The position numbers were made by a program, and so were the translations under genes. The notes beneath the pieces were generated by a model, which was not told the origin of the DNA, searched no databases, and worked only from the letters and a program-made list of their open reading frames with translations. Below, piece after piece: positions 11,741-23,504 of a DNA stretch of 64,000 nt (position 1 is its first letter; each line of letters opens with the position of its first letter). Where the stretch lies: assembly GCF_001194135.2 (NCBI RefSeq), contig NC_068985.1:77569726-77633725 (forward strand). Reading direction: 5' to 3'. Source of the stretch: Octopus bimaculoides (taxonomy: Eukaryota).

Positions 11741-12431
11741 ATACATATACATGCACTCTCTCTTTTTTCACTTACTCATTCGCTCAGTGGGTGTGTGTGC
11801 ATATTTGTTTCATGCTTGCAAGCTAACTGTTGTGACTATTATTAGGAGAACTAAAGTATTACCCATCATGTGATGGATAACTTTGGAAGTATAACTTTAG
11901 CTACCATGAGTAATATCAGGAAATATGGCATACATACAATATAGTTAACTTTCATCATATTTCTTGATACTTAAATAAAATTGATGCAATGAATACTAAT
12001 TTTTAAAAAAAAATGTTTATTACTTTAGAATTAAATAAAACGATATTCAAAAAGTGTAAGCAAAATTACTCTCCAAACTGATTAAAAAAATTTTTGGAAG
12101 TTCATACACCCACGTGTTCTCTCACTCACTCTCTCTCTCTCTCTTCCATGTATACATACATTTTCCACCTCTTGTCTATGATTCTTCCAATCTTACTCTG
12201 TGTGTTTGTGTGCGTGTGTTTCTTTGTAATGCTGAGAATTTGTTTGCTCATTGCCTGCCACCAAACCTAGTATCTGCACTCATTCTGCATTTCCTGTGTT
12301 GACTCTTTCTGTATCTCTTTTACTTTCTCCCCACTGTTTCTACATCATATGAAGCATGACTGTAGCAGTCAATCAACCAACCAACCAACGAGCCAACATT
12401 GATATTGGCCAATATTCTAACAGAGATTAAG

Positions 12432-12650
12432 GCAGTGAGCTGGCAGAATTGCTATCATCCCAGGCAAAATGCTTAGTGGCATTTCTCCTGACTTTGTTCT
12501 GAGTTCAAATTCCACCAAGGTCGACTTCACCTTTTATTTTTTTTAGGTTGGATAAAATGAGTACGAATTGAGTACTGGAGTCTATCTAATCAAATTACTC
12601 CCTCCTCTCAAATTGCTGGTCTTGTGCCAAAATTTGAAACCAATATTATA
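12432..12650 (+). mobile_element. Family A SINE
   Basis: gagctggcagaattg...gagttcaaattcc...gtgccaaaatttgaaacc. Confidence 0.8.
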
Positions 12651-12699
12651 ACAGAGATTATAATTGTTAGGGTTAAGCTTACTGTTTGTAATATAATAT

Positions 12700-12733
<34 letters not shown>

Positions 12734-12743
12734 NNNNNNNNNN

Positions 12744-12781
<38 letters not shown>

Positions 12782-13572
12782 CACTTCTTTGTTATCACCA
12801 CAACCATTATCATCATATGTCTGTTTTCTATGTTTGTATGAGTTGGATGACTATATACAGAAGCACATATACTCTCTTCTAAATTCATTAAAAACATATG
12901 CACATGTATAAAAGAAATCTCTGCTCCTCCTCCAAAGTTTGGTCCTGTGCTTTATGATTATAATATTTTATATTTATTTTATTTTCAACTTAAAGATTCA
13001 CAGAGCATAATCACATTTACAAAGTACGGCTCTTCTGATGTTACATTCACATGAACATAAAAACATTTCTGGTTAATTTCCCAACTAAGTCCACTTCTTT
13101 TGTACATCTTAGAGTCTGTACAGCATTTCAAGCTTATAAATTTTGTCAAGCTATCCTTCCTTCCTTTTATACACATGCACATATCTTAAGCCTTCCTTCC
13201 CACTTGCTACATTTTTCTACTTATTCAGGCTTACATGTGCTGGTTTTTTTGTTTTTTTTTTGTCTTGGGGTATTATTTTCAATTCTAAATAATAACTCCA
13301 TTGTCACATCTACACACCACACACACACGCATGTATAAAACACCCACTTGCATCATTTCCCATTGGGTTCATCATATTTCTGCTTGGTTCTTGCCAGCCT
13401 GTCTTTGTTTTATATTGTAAGTGTTCACTCCATTATAACTAACTTTCCATAAATCTAACACACCCATATAGAAAGAAATAATTTCACAATTCCATTCACA
13501 CACACACACACACACGTTTGTGTATGTGTGTGTGTGAATGTACATATATACATATGTATTTATATATACATA

Positions 13573-14841
13573 TTGGGTCATTCTATAAATAATGCAGTTT
13601 TTTCAATTGCGTGAACTAAAAGTCGGAGGGGTATGGGATAAACTACCTGCATCAACTTGTTATAAAGACAGATAGTAATTTTACCTTTTCCTTATTCTTA
13701 GTGCATGTTTTGAAGAGTGCAGTTCAATTTTAACAGTTATTTTTTCAAAGCTATAATGGAAGTGACAAAGGAGTATTTTTGGTATATTTTGCTTTGAGTT
13801 CAATAAAAGCAACAACACAACGGAAAGGGTGAGGAATATTAATGTAGTATCTGGGGATCAGACAATAAGCATAAGCCAGTGTCAATAGTGGTTCCAGAAA
13901 TTCTGAGCCAGAAACTACAGCCTAGAAGACGAACCTTCTCCTGGGAGATCTGTAGAGCTCAACGAGGACGTCCTGCAAACCCTGGTGGAACAAAATCCCA
14001 TTGTAACTGTTGAGGAACTAACAGAGGAGCTTGGATTTGGTCATTCAACCATTCATCAACACCTGCATGCCATCAGAAGAGTCAAATTGGGTCAACGGGT
14101 TCCTCACAAACTTTCTGAGTCTAATTGTGCGCAGTGAGTGAATGTGTGCACTTCTTTGCTGTCACGTCTCATGAATGGTGACCAAATAGTGACTGATGAC
14201 AAGAAATGGGTTCTCTATAAATATGTCAAGTGCTGAAGAAAGTGGGTAGGGAAAGGAGAAAGAGTGGCACCCCAGGCTAAAGAAGGTCTTCACCCATGTA
14301 AGGTGTTGTTACCTGTTTGGTGGGATATGAAAGGTTTAGTCCACTTTGAACTTTTAAACCCAAACCAAACGATAACAAAGGAGATCTGCTGGGAGCAGCT
14401 TGAGCGGCTTAAGTCAGTGCTAGAAGTAAAATGACCATATTTGGTTTAAGACAAAAGGTGTTCTTCCATCCGGATAATGCTTGGTCACATGCAAAAAGGA
14501 TGACATTCCAAAGACTTGAGCAGTTTGAATAAGAAATGATGCCCCACTCACCATATTTGCAAGACAATGCCCCATCTGATTATCATTTAATCTGCAGTCT
14601 TCAAAATCATTTGGATTGAAAAAACATGAATTCTGTAGATGAGGTCAGAACAGTACTGGAAGAGTATTTTTAATCATGGACAAGTGAATTTTGAAAGATG
14701 GGCCTTGCAAGTCTACTAGATAGATGGAAGAGCATTGTAGAAATTGAAGGAGAGTATATTTTAGTTTAAAAAGAACTTTATCTTAATTTTGAAAAATAAA
14801 AGAAGTATAAAAATAACTGCATTATTTATGGGATGACCCTG
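13573..14841 (+). mobile_element. mariner (DD34D-type) transposon, pseudogenised
   Basis: ~28-bp imperfect TIRs (gggtcattctataaataatgcag / ctgcattatttatgggatgaccc). Transposase motifs WVPH-L, VWWD-KG, FHPDNA and HSPY-DNAPSDYHL-like, with stops and frameshifts. Confidence 0.92.
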
Positions 14842-14989
14842 TGTGTGTTTGTATATGTATGTGTGTATACATGTGTGTGTGTATACGTGTGTGTGTGTGT
14901 GTGTGTGTATACATGTGTGTGTGTGTGTGTATATATATAAATTTATACTTGTATGTGTGTGTGTGTGTGTGTGTATATGTACATGTATA

Positions 14990-15394
14990 TATACCCAGTG
15001 TAAGCTACGGACACATAAGAGGTGCAGCAACATCAAAGGAAGATTAATCGGGAAGATAGCTTCTGTGTGTGCCAGATGCACGGGCAATAAATACCACAGA
15101 TGCTCAGAAAACAGATTCCATCACATGCCAGGGGGAGAAACTAGAAGTAGTTGATAGCTTCCGTTACCTAGGTGACCAAGTCTATAGTGAGGTGGATGCT
15201 CAGAGGGTGTTACCACTAGAATAAGAATAGCCTGGGCAAAGTTCAGATGGCTTATACCCCTACTGGTGACAAAGGGCCTCTTGCTCAGAGTGAAAGGTAA
15301 CTTGTATGACGCATGTGTGCAAACTGCCATGCTTCACAGCAGTGAAACATGGGCCGTGACTGCTGAAGACATGCGCAGGCTCGAAAGAAATGAA
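14990..15394 (+). mobile_element. RTE-clade LINE RT fragment
   Basis: EKLEVVDSFRYLGDQV and KGNLYDACVQTAMLHSSETWAVTAEDMRRLERNE, preceded by a Cys/His-rich segment; frameshifted. Confidence 0.85.
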
Positions 15395-18073
15395 TTTAAA
15401 ATAATGTTAATGATGTATATATGGTATATGTATAAATGTATGCATGTGTGTGTATGTACACACATACATACATGCATATATGTATTTATGAATTATATAG
15501 AAATACTTAAATAATATAAAATTTTTAAATAATAAAAAATATGCTAATGTTTTATTTATTCTGTTTGAACTACCAAAACCTATATGTTTGTGTTGTGTAT
15601 ATATGAATTTTTCTGTCTGTTTATATGCACGTGTAGTTGTCTGTATATGTATGTAGATGTGTTTTATGTGTGTGTGTATGTGTGCATACATATAAGATTA
15701 CTTAAAATTTGCTAATCGGATTAGTTCTCATGTCTCTTCAAATGTGATGAAACGCTTTGCAGCTGTGACAGAATTAGCAGATTTAGAACAATGTACACTG
15801 TTTTGCAATAAGTTGTAATACTAACTACCATGATATCAAATAGAAGAATATGTAGAAATAAAATGAAAAAAAAAAAACAAATCGTGAAAAAAATGAGCAA
15901 GAGCTGAAGTGAGAGTGATAAAATCTGTGTAATTGGTCAGCAAAATTTCCTGTGGTGCTGGTTTTTACATGGCATTTCAGAGTAAATTGCACTGAGGTTC
16001 CTTCACTTTTTTTTTTTTTTTTTGGTAAATCAAAGATAATTTCTGGTTTTCTGCTTCTTGCTCTGGTTTTGTGTTTTAAATGTTTTTGTTTATTTCCAAA
16101 CTGGAATATGTATACATGCTTGTATGTGTTTGTGCACACACACAGACACACACACACACACACACACACATACATACATACATACATACATAGAAAGAGA
16201 TATACTGCATGTTTATTTAAGTGGATGTATTATTGAAGTGTGCTGCATCTTGAGTTCATTGTGGTCCATTAGGTGAACTTCTGATGTTTCAAAGTTCTCC
16301 ATTTGGTAGAGAGAACTTTCTCCCAAAGTTCCTATAACTCTAAACAATATGGAAATGGAGAATGGCAGAGAATTAGTTGTGCAGTTTCGCTATTTTTTCA
16401 CCCTGTCCACTTATGACATAAATAATTTTTTCTCTTCTTCCTCTCCAGGTGACATAGGAAATTAAGGAGCTTCGCATTTTACTATGTATATCCATTACTG
16501 TGTATATATGGATGGATGAAATGGGTGTGTGTGTTAAGAGTTTATGCACAAAAAAGCATTGATTAAAAACTTGTATTTGTACACACAACTTATGAGACCT
16601 AAGATAAATGTAAAATTCAGTTTTTAAAGTCTTTGAAAATTATAACATATAAATACACACTTTGTTGTTCTCTTCACATACAATGTGTGGGTTTGTAGTC
16701 TAAAGCTTGGGTTAGAAACCTGTCTATGTACAAAAATGTGTAGGAAACCTAAGATAAATGTACATTACAGATTTTAAAGCCTTTGCTTTGAAAATGTAAG
16801 CAGATATAAAGACACCTTGTTATTCTCTTCACACACTGTTTGTGTGTGTTTCTTACTTTGCAAGTTCATTCAGGTGAGAAACTTCGGATAGATACACAGT
16901 GAATCATTGCATTCAAACAAGCAAATAAGCCCTTCAGAATGTATTGATTACATGTTTGTATGTATGTGCATGAGTGTGTGTTTGTACAAACACATATGCA
17001 TGCATACACAATATTCAATTCTTGAATAGTTTGCCTGTTATTAACATTGAGAGAAATAGGGAGAAATAGAGTAAATCATAGTGAAATTCTGAGGTGTGGA
17101 AGGAGAGTAGAACAAGATAGGAGCAGAGATTAGTAGGGAAAATTTGGGAAGTGGGTGTTACTCTCACTACTATAACCTCCAGAGATCATTCCACTCCCTC
17201 TTTCACTTGCTGGTTGCACTCCTGGGCTAATATGATCCAACTGACGTGATGTCTTTCAATAAACCCTGTTTCAGCAAGTAACTGATACTTAGATGCGCCT
17301 TACTCACCACCATCAACCTCCACCACTACTATTCCTGCCTCTCCACCATATTGCTACAACAGTTACAACCACAATCACCAACACTACCTATCATTTGTAT
17401 CACTGCCACTATCACCAACACCACCTCTATTTCTGTCATCATCATCATCTCCTCAACCTCTACCCATACCATTCAGTATTTAGGACGTTGTTTCATTGCA
17501 AGTTTTCTTCCAAACAGTGAAAGATGAAATATTTAAAATAAACAATAACAAAAATGTTTAAATATCACCAAGTTTTAAAAAATTTTTTATCTAGGATTGT
17601 TTTGTTCAGTTATTTGTTTCCTTATTTCTTCATTCATTTTCTTTCGAATTCCTTTTCTCTCTCTGTCTAATGATATATAGTAATAATGAAGTACTGAGAT
17701 TGATGGAATCAGCTGTAACTCTTCACCAAAATATATAGCCATATGCATCATCATTGTTGTACAATCTACTTTTCCATGCTTGCATGGGTCACACAAAATT
17801 TGTTGAGATAAATTTGCTATGAATGGATGCCCTTCTTATCACTACCCTTCAACTACTGTTGCATCATGTCACAACAAGGCCGGTGGGACACACACACACA
17901 CATAGTATTTATGGCAGGCTGTTTTCAATTTCTATCTACCAAATCTACTCTAAAGCTTTAATTGGCTTAGGACTATAGTTGGCAACACTTGCCAAGGTGA
18001 GTTGTAGTGGGACTGAACTAAAATACCTGATTGGGAAGTAAATGCTATGCTTATGTCACAAATGATTACTGTT

Positions 18074-18300
18074 AAGGTGACAGGCTTGGCACAATTGTTA
18101 ACACATTGGACAAAATACTTAGTAGCATTTCTTCTAGTACTATATGTTTCAAGTTCAAATCTTGTCAAGATGAATTTAGCCTTTCACCCTTCTAGGGGTC
18201 AATAAAATAAGTTCTGGTTGAGCACTGGATTGATATAATTGACTTTCCTTTCTCCTCCCCTGAAAGTTGCTGGCCTTATGTCAAAATTATTATCATTATT
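18074..18300 (+). mobile_element. Family A SINE (degenerate)
   Basis: Family A body and (ATT) tail. Confidence 0.65.
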
Positions 18301-18616
18301 GAAGGCACGTGGTTTAGTGGTTAGAGTATTCATCTTAAGATCGTAAGGTTGTGAGTTCAATTCCTGGCGATATGTGTTCTTGAGCAAGACACAATTTCAC
18401 ATTACTCCAGAGCACTCAGCTGGCAAAAATGAGTTGTGCCTGTATTTCAAAGGGCTATCCTTGTAACACTCTGTCATGCTGAATCTCTCTGAGAACTATG
18501 TTAATGGTACACATGTTTTGTGGAGTGCACAGCCACTTGCATGTTAATTTCACAAGCCAGCTGTTCCATTGATTGGATCAGCTGGAACCCTCATTGTTGT
18601 AACTGACGGAGTGCTA

Positions 18617-18618
<2 letters not shown>
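18301..18618 (+). mobile_element. tRNA-derived SINE family F
   Basis: A box TGGTTTAGTGG, B box GAGTTCAATTCC, and 'cttgagcaagacac...ctccag..cactcagctggcaaaaatgag' domain; sister at 58762-59180. Confidence 0.75.
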
Positions 18619-18655
<37 letters not shown>

Positions 18656-18863
18656 GGCGAGCTAGCAGAATCGTTAGTACGCCGGGCAAATTACTTAGCA
18701 GTATTTCATCCGTCTTTATGTTCTGAGTTCAAATTCTGCTGAGGTTGACTTTGCTTTTCATCTTTTCAGGGTCAATATAATAAGTATCAGTTGAGTACTG
18801 AGGTTGATGTAATCGACTATCCCCCTCCCCCCAAATTTCAGGCCTTGTGCTCAAAGGATTATT
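18656..18863 (+). mobile_element. Family A SINE
   Basis: Well-preserved ggcgagctagcagaatcgttag...gagttcaaattc. Confidence 0.85.
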
Positions 18864-18865
18864 AA

Positions 18866-19003
18866 GTAGCTTGCTTACCAACCACATGGTTCCGGGTTCA
18901 TTCCCACTGCGTGGCATCTTGGGCAAGTGTCTTTTACTATAGCCTTGAGCCGAGCAAAGCCTTGTGAGTGGATTTGGTAGACAGAAACTGAAAGAAGCCT
19001 GTC

Positions 19004-19058
<55 letters not shown>

Positions 19059-19269
19059 TATGTGTCTGTGTTTGTCCCCCCCCCCAAACATCACTTGACA
19101 ACCGATGGTGGTGTGTTTACGTCCCTGTTACTTAGCGGTTTGGCAAAAGAGACCGATAGAATAAGTACTAGGCTTGCAAACAATAAGTCCTGGGGTCGAT
19201 TTACCCGACTAAAGGTGGTGCCCCAGCATGGCTGCAGTCAAATGACTGAAACAAGTTAAAGAGTAAGAG
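18866..19269 (+). mobile_element. tRNA-derived SINE family O with internal (TA)n
   Basis: tRNA-like head (gggttcattccc), 'cttgggcaagtgtctt' CORE-like start, internal microsatellite and conserved 3' part; sisters at 31305 and 39620. Confidence 0.75.
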
Positions 19270-21173
19270 GGTTATGATGGAAATGTTAGTCATCATTTAT
19301 GTGCCTGATTAAATGCCATGATCTGATGTATTTATTTATGTCACTTGATGTTCTGGTTTTTCAAAGGATACTGATCTTGAACCTTTGTTCTATCTTAAAT
19401 TTCAATAAGTAGTAATGCTGATAATAATAACAATTATAAAGTAAGCTCCAGAGAAACTGACCTTGACTTTCTTCAAAATTTGTGGGTCTCCATGTTCAGA
19501 AATCCTCATTAATATTTAATTTTCAGTCCCATGTCAGACACCCTGAATGTTCTTATGAGCAAAGCAGGCAATCTGGTATCAATATCCACTTGCATAGTAA
19601 ATGATGAATATCTCAACCTCCCAGTTCACTCTCAGTATCATAGATGACCACATGTGAACATAGACACAGTCAGGCTCAAATTCACTGATCCCTGACATAA
19701 TGAAATGTAAACAGTCAATGTGAAAGACACCAGCTGATCAAATTGATGATTGTTCTTACCCACAACCTTGAGAGAAATGTATAGTGTCATATTACTTGCA
19801 TATAGCGCATGTGTTCAGATTCATTGCAGTCATGAATGGAAGGAAATTCAGTATGTTTCTGGAAAACATTTTACCTTACATTGTTTCAGTTTACCTTGAT
19901 GTCATAAATGGACACCAGATATTCTAAAAATGTTTCTTGCAGTAGACTGGCAGCCTGTCCAGGTGGTGGTGGTGGTGGTGGTGGGGATTCATTTACTTCA
20001 TTCCTTATAACTGGTGGTAGTGACAGGAACTGTGAGAGCTGGAGTTTGCTACAACAACAAACTGCACCTTTTGCATATTCACATGGCCCAGGATTTGTCT
20101 GTCTTGTTGTACGTAATGCTGATGATAACCAAATAGCATGAAATGCGTTCACTGTTTCAGCAGAAGGTGTCGTGAAATGACTGTTGGTGTTTTGATACCT
20201 ATTGCCAAAAATGAGAATATGAATGGCAGATTGCAATGAAAACAGCTTTTTCACTGGTCAAATGTATTTGAAGTGATTTAAATGTTAGTATTTGTGCTTT
20301 ACTGTATAGTTGGTCTACTTGTGGTATGAAGTGCTCAATTTGTGTTGTTTGTTGTAAGACAATTGGGATCCTAAGCTATCATCACAGCATAATTCATGAT
20401 GATCTAATATATTCTCTTTTTTTTAATACATTAATGCTTTTATGTTTGTGTAGATCAAATGAGGTACCTGATAGAACTCTAAGTGTATTTGTCATTTTAC
20501 TTTCTTAACTATGTCTTGACATGTGAACTGTGATTATTGTAGAGGTATAGTAGGTTAGTTAGTTCACACAGTTTGGTATTCACTAGTTTTAAAGCGTGGT
20601 AGTTGTGCTAATGGTTAGTCTTTGTTTTTAAATTGTGTTAAGGTGTTTGAAGTATTGCTGTAGGTAAGCTAATGGTTAGTTTCAGTATTTAAGATAACAT
20701 GAGCTTAGCTTCCGTCCAAATATAACCTACCATTTGTGTCACAGCTATTGTTATATTCGTTTAAGAAGTAAGAAGAACTGAAGCATGTAGAATTGAATAG
20801 AATACTGGTTCCACTGACATGAAAACTCATTTCTGAAATTCTTATTTCTGTTTCCATGTAACCACTTAATCTTCTTCATATAACACAGACTCAAATTTTT
20901 TGCTATATGCTAATTTTTCATGTTTTATTATATTTTTCATTCTATTTTGTATAAAGTTTTTTAGTGCTACATGAAACAAAATATACTTTAAAAAAAAAAG
21001 CCTGCACTTTCTCTACTCCTCCTTCCCCTCATGCACACAGACACTCCACCTCCATCCTTCTTTCATCTCCTGCACATACAAACACACACACATACAGTTT
21101 GACATTTAAGAGATGAGGAATTATGTACATTATTTACATTTGACAGATATTTGTCCTCATCTTGTTTGTTGTT

Positions 21174-21219
21174 AAAACAATGTTTCAGCTGATATACCCT
21201 TTAGCCTTCATCAGGTGTC
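21174..21219 (-). ncRNA. Minimal type I hammerhead ribozyme (decayed copy) in the Penelope terminal region
   Basis: Minus strand: GACAC-CTGATGA-A-GGCT-aaagggtatatc-AGCT-GAAA-CA-TT-GTTTT. The core CUGAUGA/GAAA is intact, stem II pairs, and stem I is partly paired (GACAC/GTTTT). Confidence 0.7.
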
Positions 21220-21291
21220 TTGGAGAAATTTTGAACCTGGGTTCTCATTCCTAAGGTATTTTTCAATATTATTTATTATTATAATTATTCA

Positions 21292-21364
21292 GGTCATTGC
21301 CTGGAATTAGACTTGGAATCTTGGGATTAGTAGCCTGTGCTCTTATCCACTACACCATATGCCT
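21292..21364 (-). promoter_or_regulatory. tRNA-like Pol III promoter segment (decayed) inside the Penelope 3' region
   Basis: Minus strand: ggcataTGGTGTAGTGGataagagcacaggCTACTAAtccc...aagtctaattcc. A box, tRNA-Ser-like anticodon loop and a degenerate B box. Confidence 0.55.
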
Positions 21365-22189
21365 GTGGACAATTATGGAGTGAATTTTAGGGCTTAAAAA
21401 TCTAATATTTTCCTATCCTTCCTTAATACCGGTTCCCATATGCTGCTCATAATCTGTACTCGGTCTGCTTAGGAGGTTGTTGTGTCCTAGCATATGTGCT
21501 GCTTCTTTTAATTTTCGTATTTTCCAGTGGTGTTCTCTGTCTATTATTTTAACTTCATCCCACCGAGAGAGGTAGTCTCCATTTCTCCAAACATGATCAG
21601 CTATACCTGATTTATCAATATTTCCTCGAGTCACAGCTTTGCGATGTTCCTCTACCCTTATTTTGGGGGAGCGGCATGTTTCGCCTTTGTATAACCTATC
21701 ACAGCTGCATGGGATCGAAATATTTGCAAAGTGTTGTATTGCTCTTGAATACTGTCCTGATGTCATATGGGCCGCATATCTTTTGTATCTTTTCAGAGAG
21801 GCCTTTCACATAGGGTAGACAGGCTGTAGACAGTTTATTGATTTCATCCTCTCTTTTCTTCATAATTGGAGTGGATAGTATGTTTTTGGGGTAGTTGTTG
21901 TTTAATAGATTGTTATTGAGCTTGATCATTTCTTCGTGGTGTGTATCACAATCGCTGCTTATATTCTTTACTCAATGTTTTAGACACTGAGCAATCCTTC
22001 TCTTTACATTGTATGGATAGTGGGAATTGAAATTGAGGTATCGTCCAGTGAAGGTTGGCTTGCAGTATATGGATATCCTGAATCCATACTTGGTGCATGT
22101 TAATAACACGCACTAAGTATGGACATCCGTATACTGCAAGCCGACCTTCACTGGATGATACCTCAATTGTCTTACCTCTCTCTGTCTTA

Positions 22190-22452
22190 CTAACAAACAC
22201 ATTTTCACACACACACACACACACACTAACAAACACATTTTCACACACGTGTCATCATCATCATCATCATCATCGGACGTGAAACGATGATGATGATGAC
22301 ACACACAAACAAATACATTTTCACACACACACTAACAAGCATATTTTCACACACAAACACTAACAAACGTTTTCACACACACACACACACACACACAAAC
22401 CAGCACATTTTCACACACACACAAGCACATTTTCATACGCTAACACATTTTG
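22190..22452. repeat. Minisatellite, unit ~ctaacaaacacattttc(ac)n, running into a gap
   Basis: At least seven variant units are visible. Confidence 0.85.
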
Positions 22453-23460
22453 NNNNNNNNNNNNNNNNNNNNNNNNNNNNNNNNNNNNNNNNNNNNNNNN
22501 NNNNNNNNNNNNNNNNNNNNNNNNNNNNNNNNNNNNNNNNNNNNNNNNNNNNNNNNNNNNNNNNNNNNNNNNNNNNNNNNNNNNNNNNNNNNNNNNNNNN
22601 NNNNNNNNNNNNNNNNNNNNNNNNNNNNNNNNNNNNNNNNNNNNNNNNNNNNNNNNNNNNNNNNNNNNNNNNNNNNNNNNNNNNNNNNNNNNNNNNNNNN
22701 NNNNNNNNNNNNNNNNNNNNNNNNNNNNNNNNNNNNNNNNNNNNNNNNNNNNNNNNNNNNNNNNNNNNNNNNNNNNNNNNNNNNNNNNNNNNNNNNNNNN
22801 NNNNNNNNNNNNNNNNNNNNNNNNNNNNNNNNNNNNNNNNNNNNNNNNNNNNNNNNNNNNNNNNNNNNNNNNNNNNNNNNNNNNNNNNNNNNNNNNNNNN
22901 NNNNNNNNNNGAAATTATCAATATGTAAGTCCATTTGTCTACATCTTCCACCCACCTGCTTGTCACCCTTCTCAGTCAGTCTCTGGTTAAGTCTTAATTA
23001 TGATGGTGCAACAGAATCATCACTCCATGAAATATTCATAATTTTCTTTCCTAATATATGTCTGGCACTCAGAATACGCCAGACTGTCTGTGAGGTGTGC
23101 GATAGGTTGGTGGTGACAGTGGGGTGGTAGTGGCTGCATAGCTGGTGGTGGGTCTATTAAAATCAGTTATATTCATGGTAACTGTAGAGGAAGATTGAAT
23201 GATGAACTGTAGAAAACATATATCTTAATTAGCTATATGGGAGAGGTAGGTTAGTGAGAGAAGAATCAAAATAAGAAAATGCTTAAAAAAAAAAAAGATT
23301 GGACTAGAACAGAGAGGTAAAAATGATTGCACCAGCTAACTACTTGCCAAACACATTGTAATTAAGTTCTTGTTATGAAGGCAGTGAATTGCATGGAATA
23401 GTAGACCTCCAGACTATACTTATGTACTTATGTTAAGAATTCTCCATCAAGGTGGTTGCA

Positions 23461-23492
<32 letters not shown>

Positions 23493-23504
23493 CATTATTA
23501 TTGC

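Larger units (their letters stand above)
21113..22168 (-). mobile_element. 5'-truncated Penelope-like element (RT C-terminus/linker + GIY-YIG endonuclease + 3' terminal region)
   Basis: Minus strand reads LPYVKGLSEKIQKIC and IPCSCDRLYKGETCRSPKIRVEEHRKAV...SGIADHVW...KLKEAAH (GIY-YIG of Penelope type); frameshifted. Confidence 0.88.

Noticed and set aside
14761-16276. HT/CV/YI-rich ORFs (also 42771-43074, 60696-61027)
   Set aside because: Translations of (CA)n, (TG)n and (TA)n microsatellites.
18301-18372. tRNA genes at SINE heads (also 21292-21364, 58762-58830)
   Set aside because: No complete cloverleaf or acceptor stem; they continue into repeat bodies, so they are tRNA-derived heads only.
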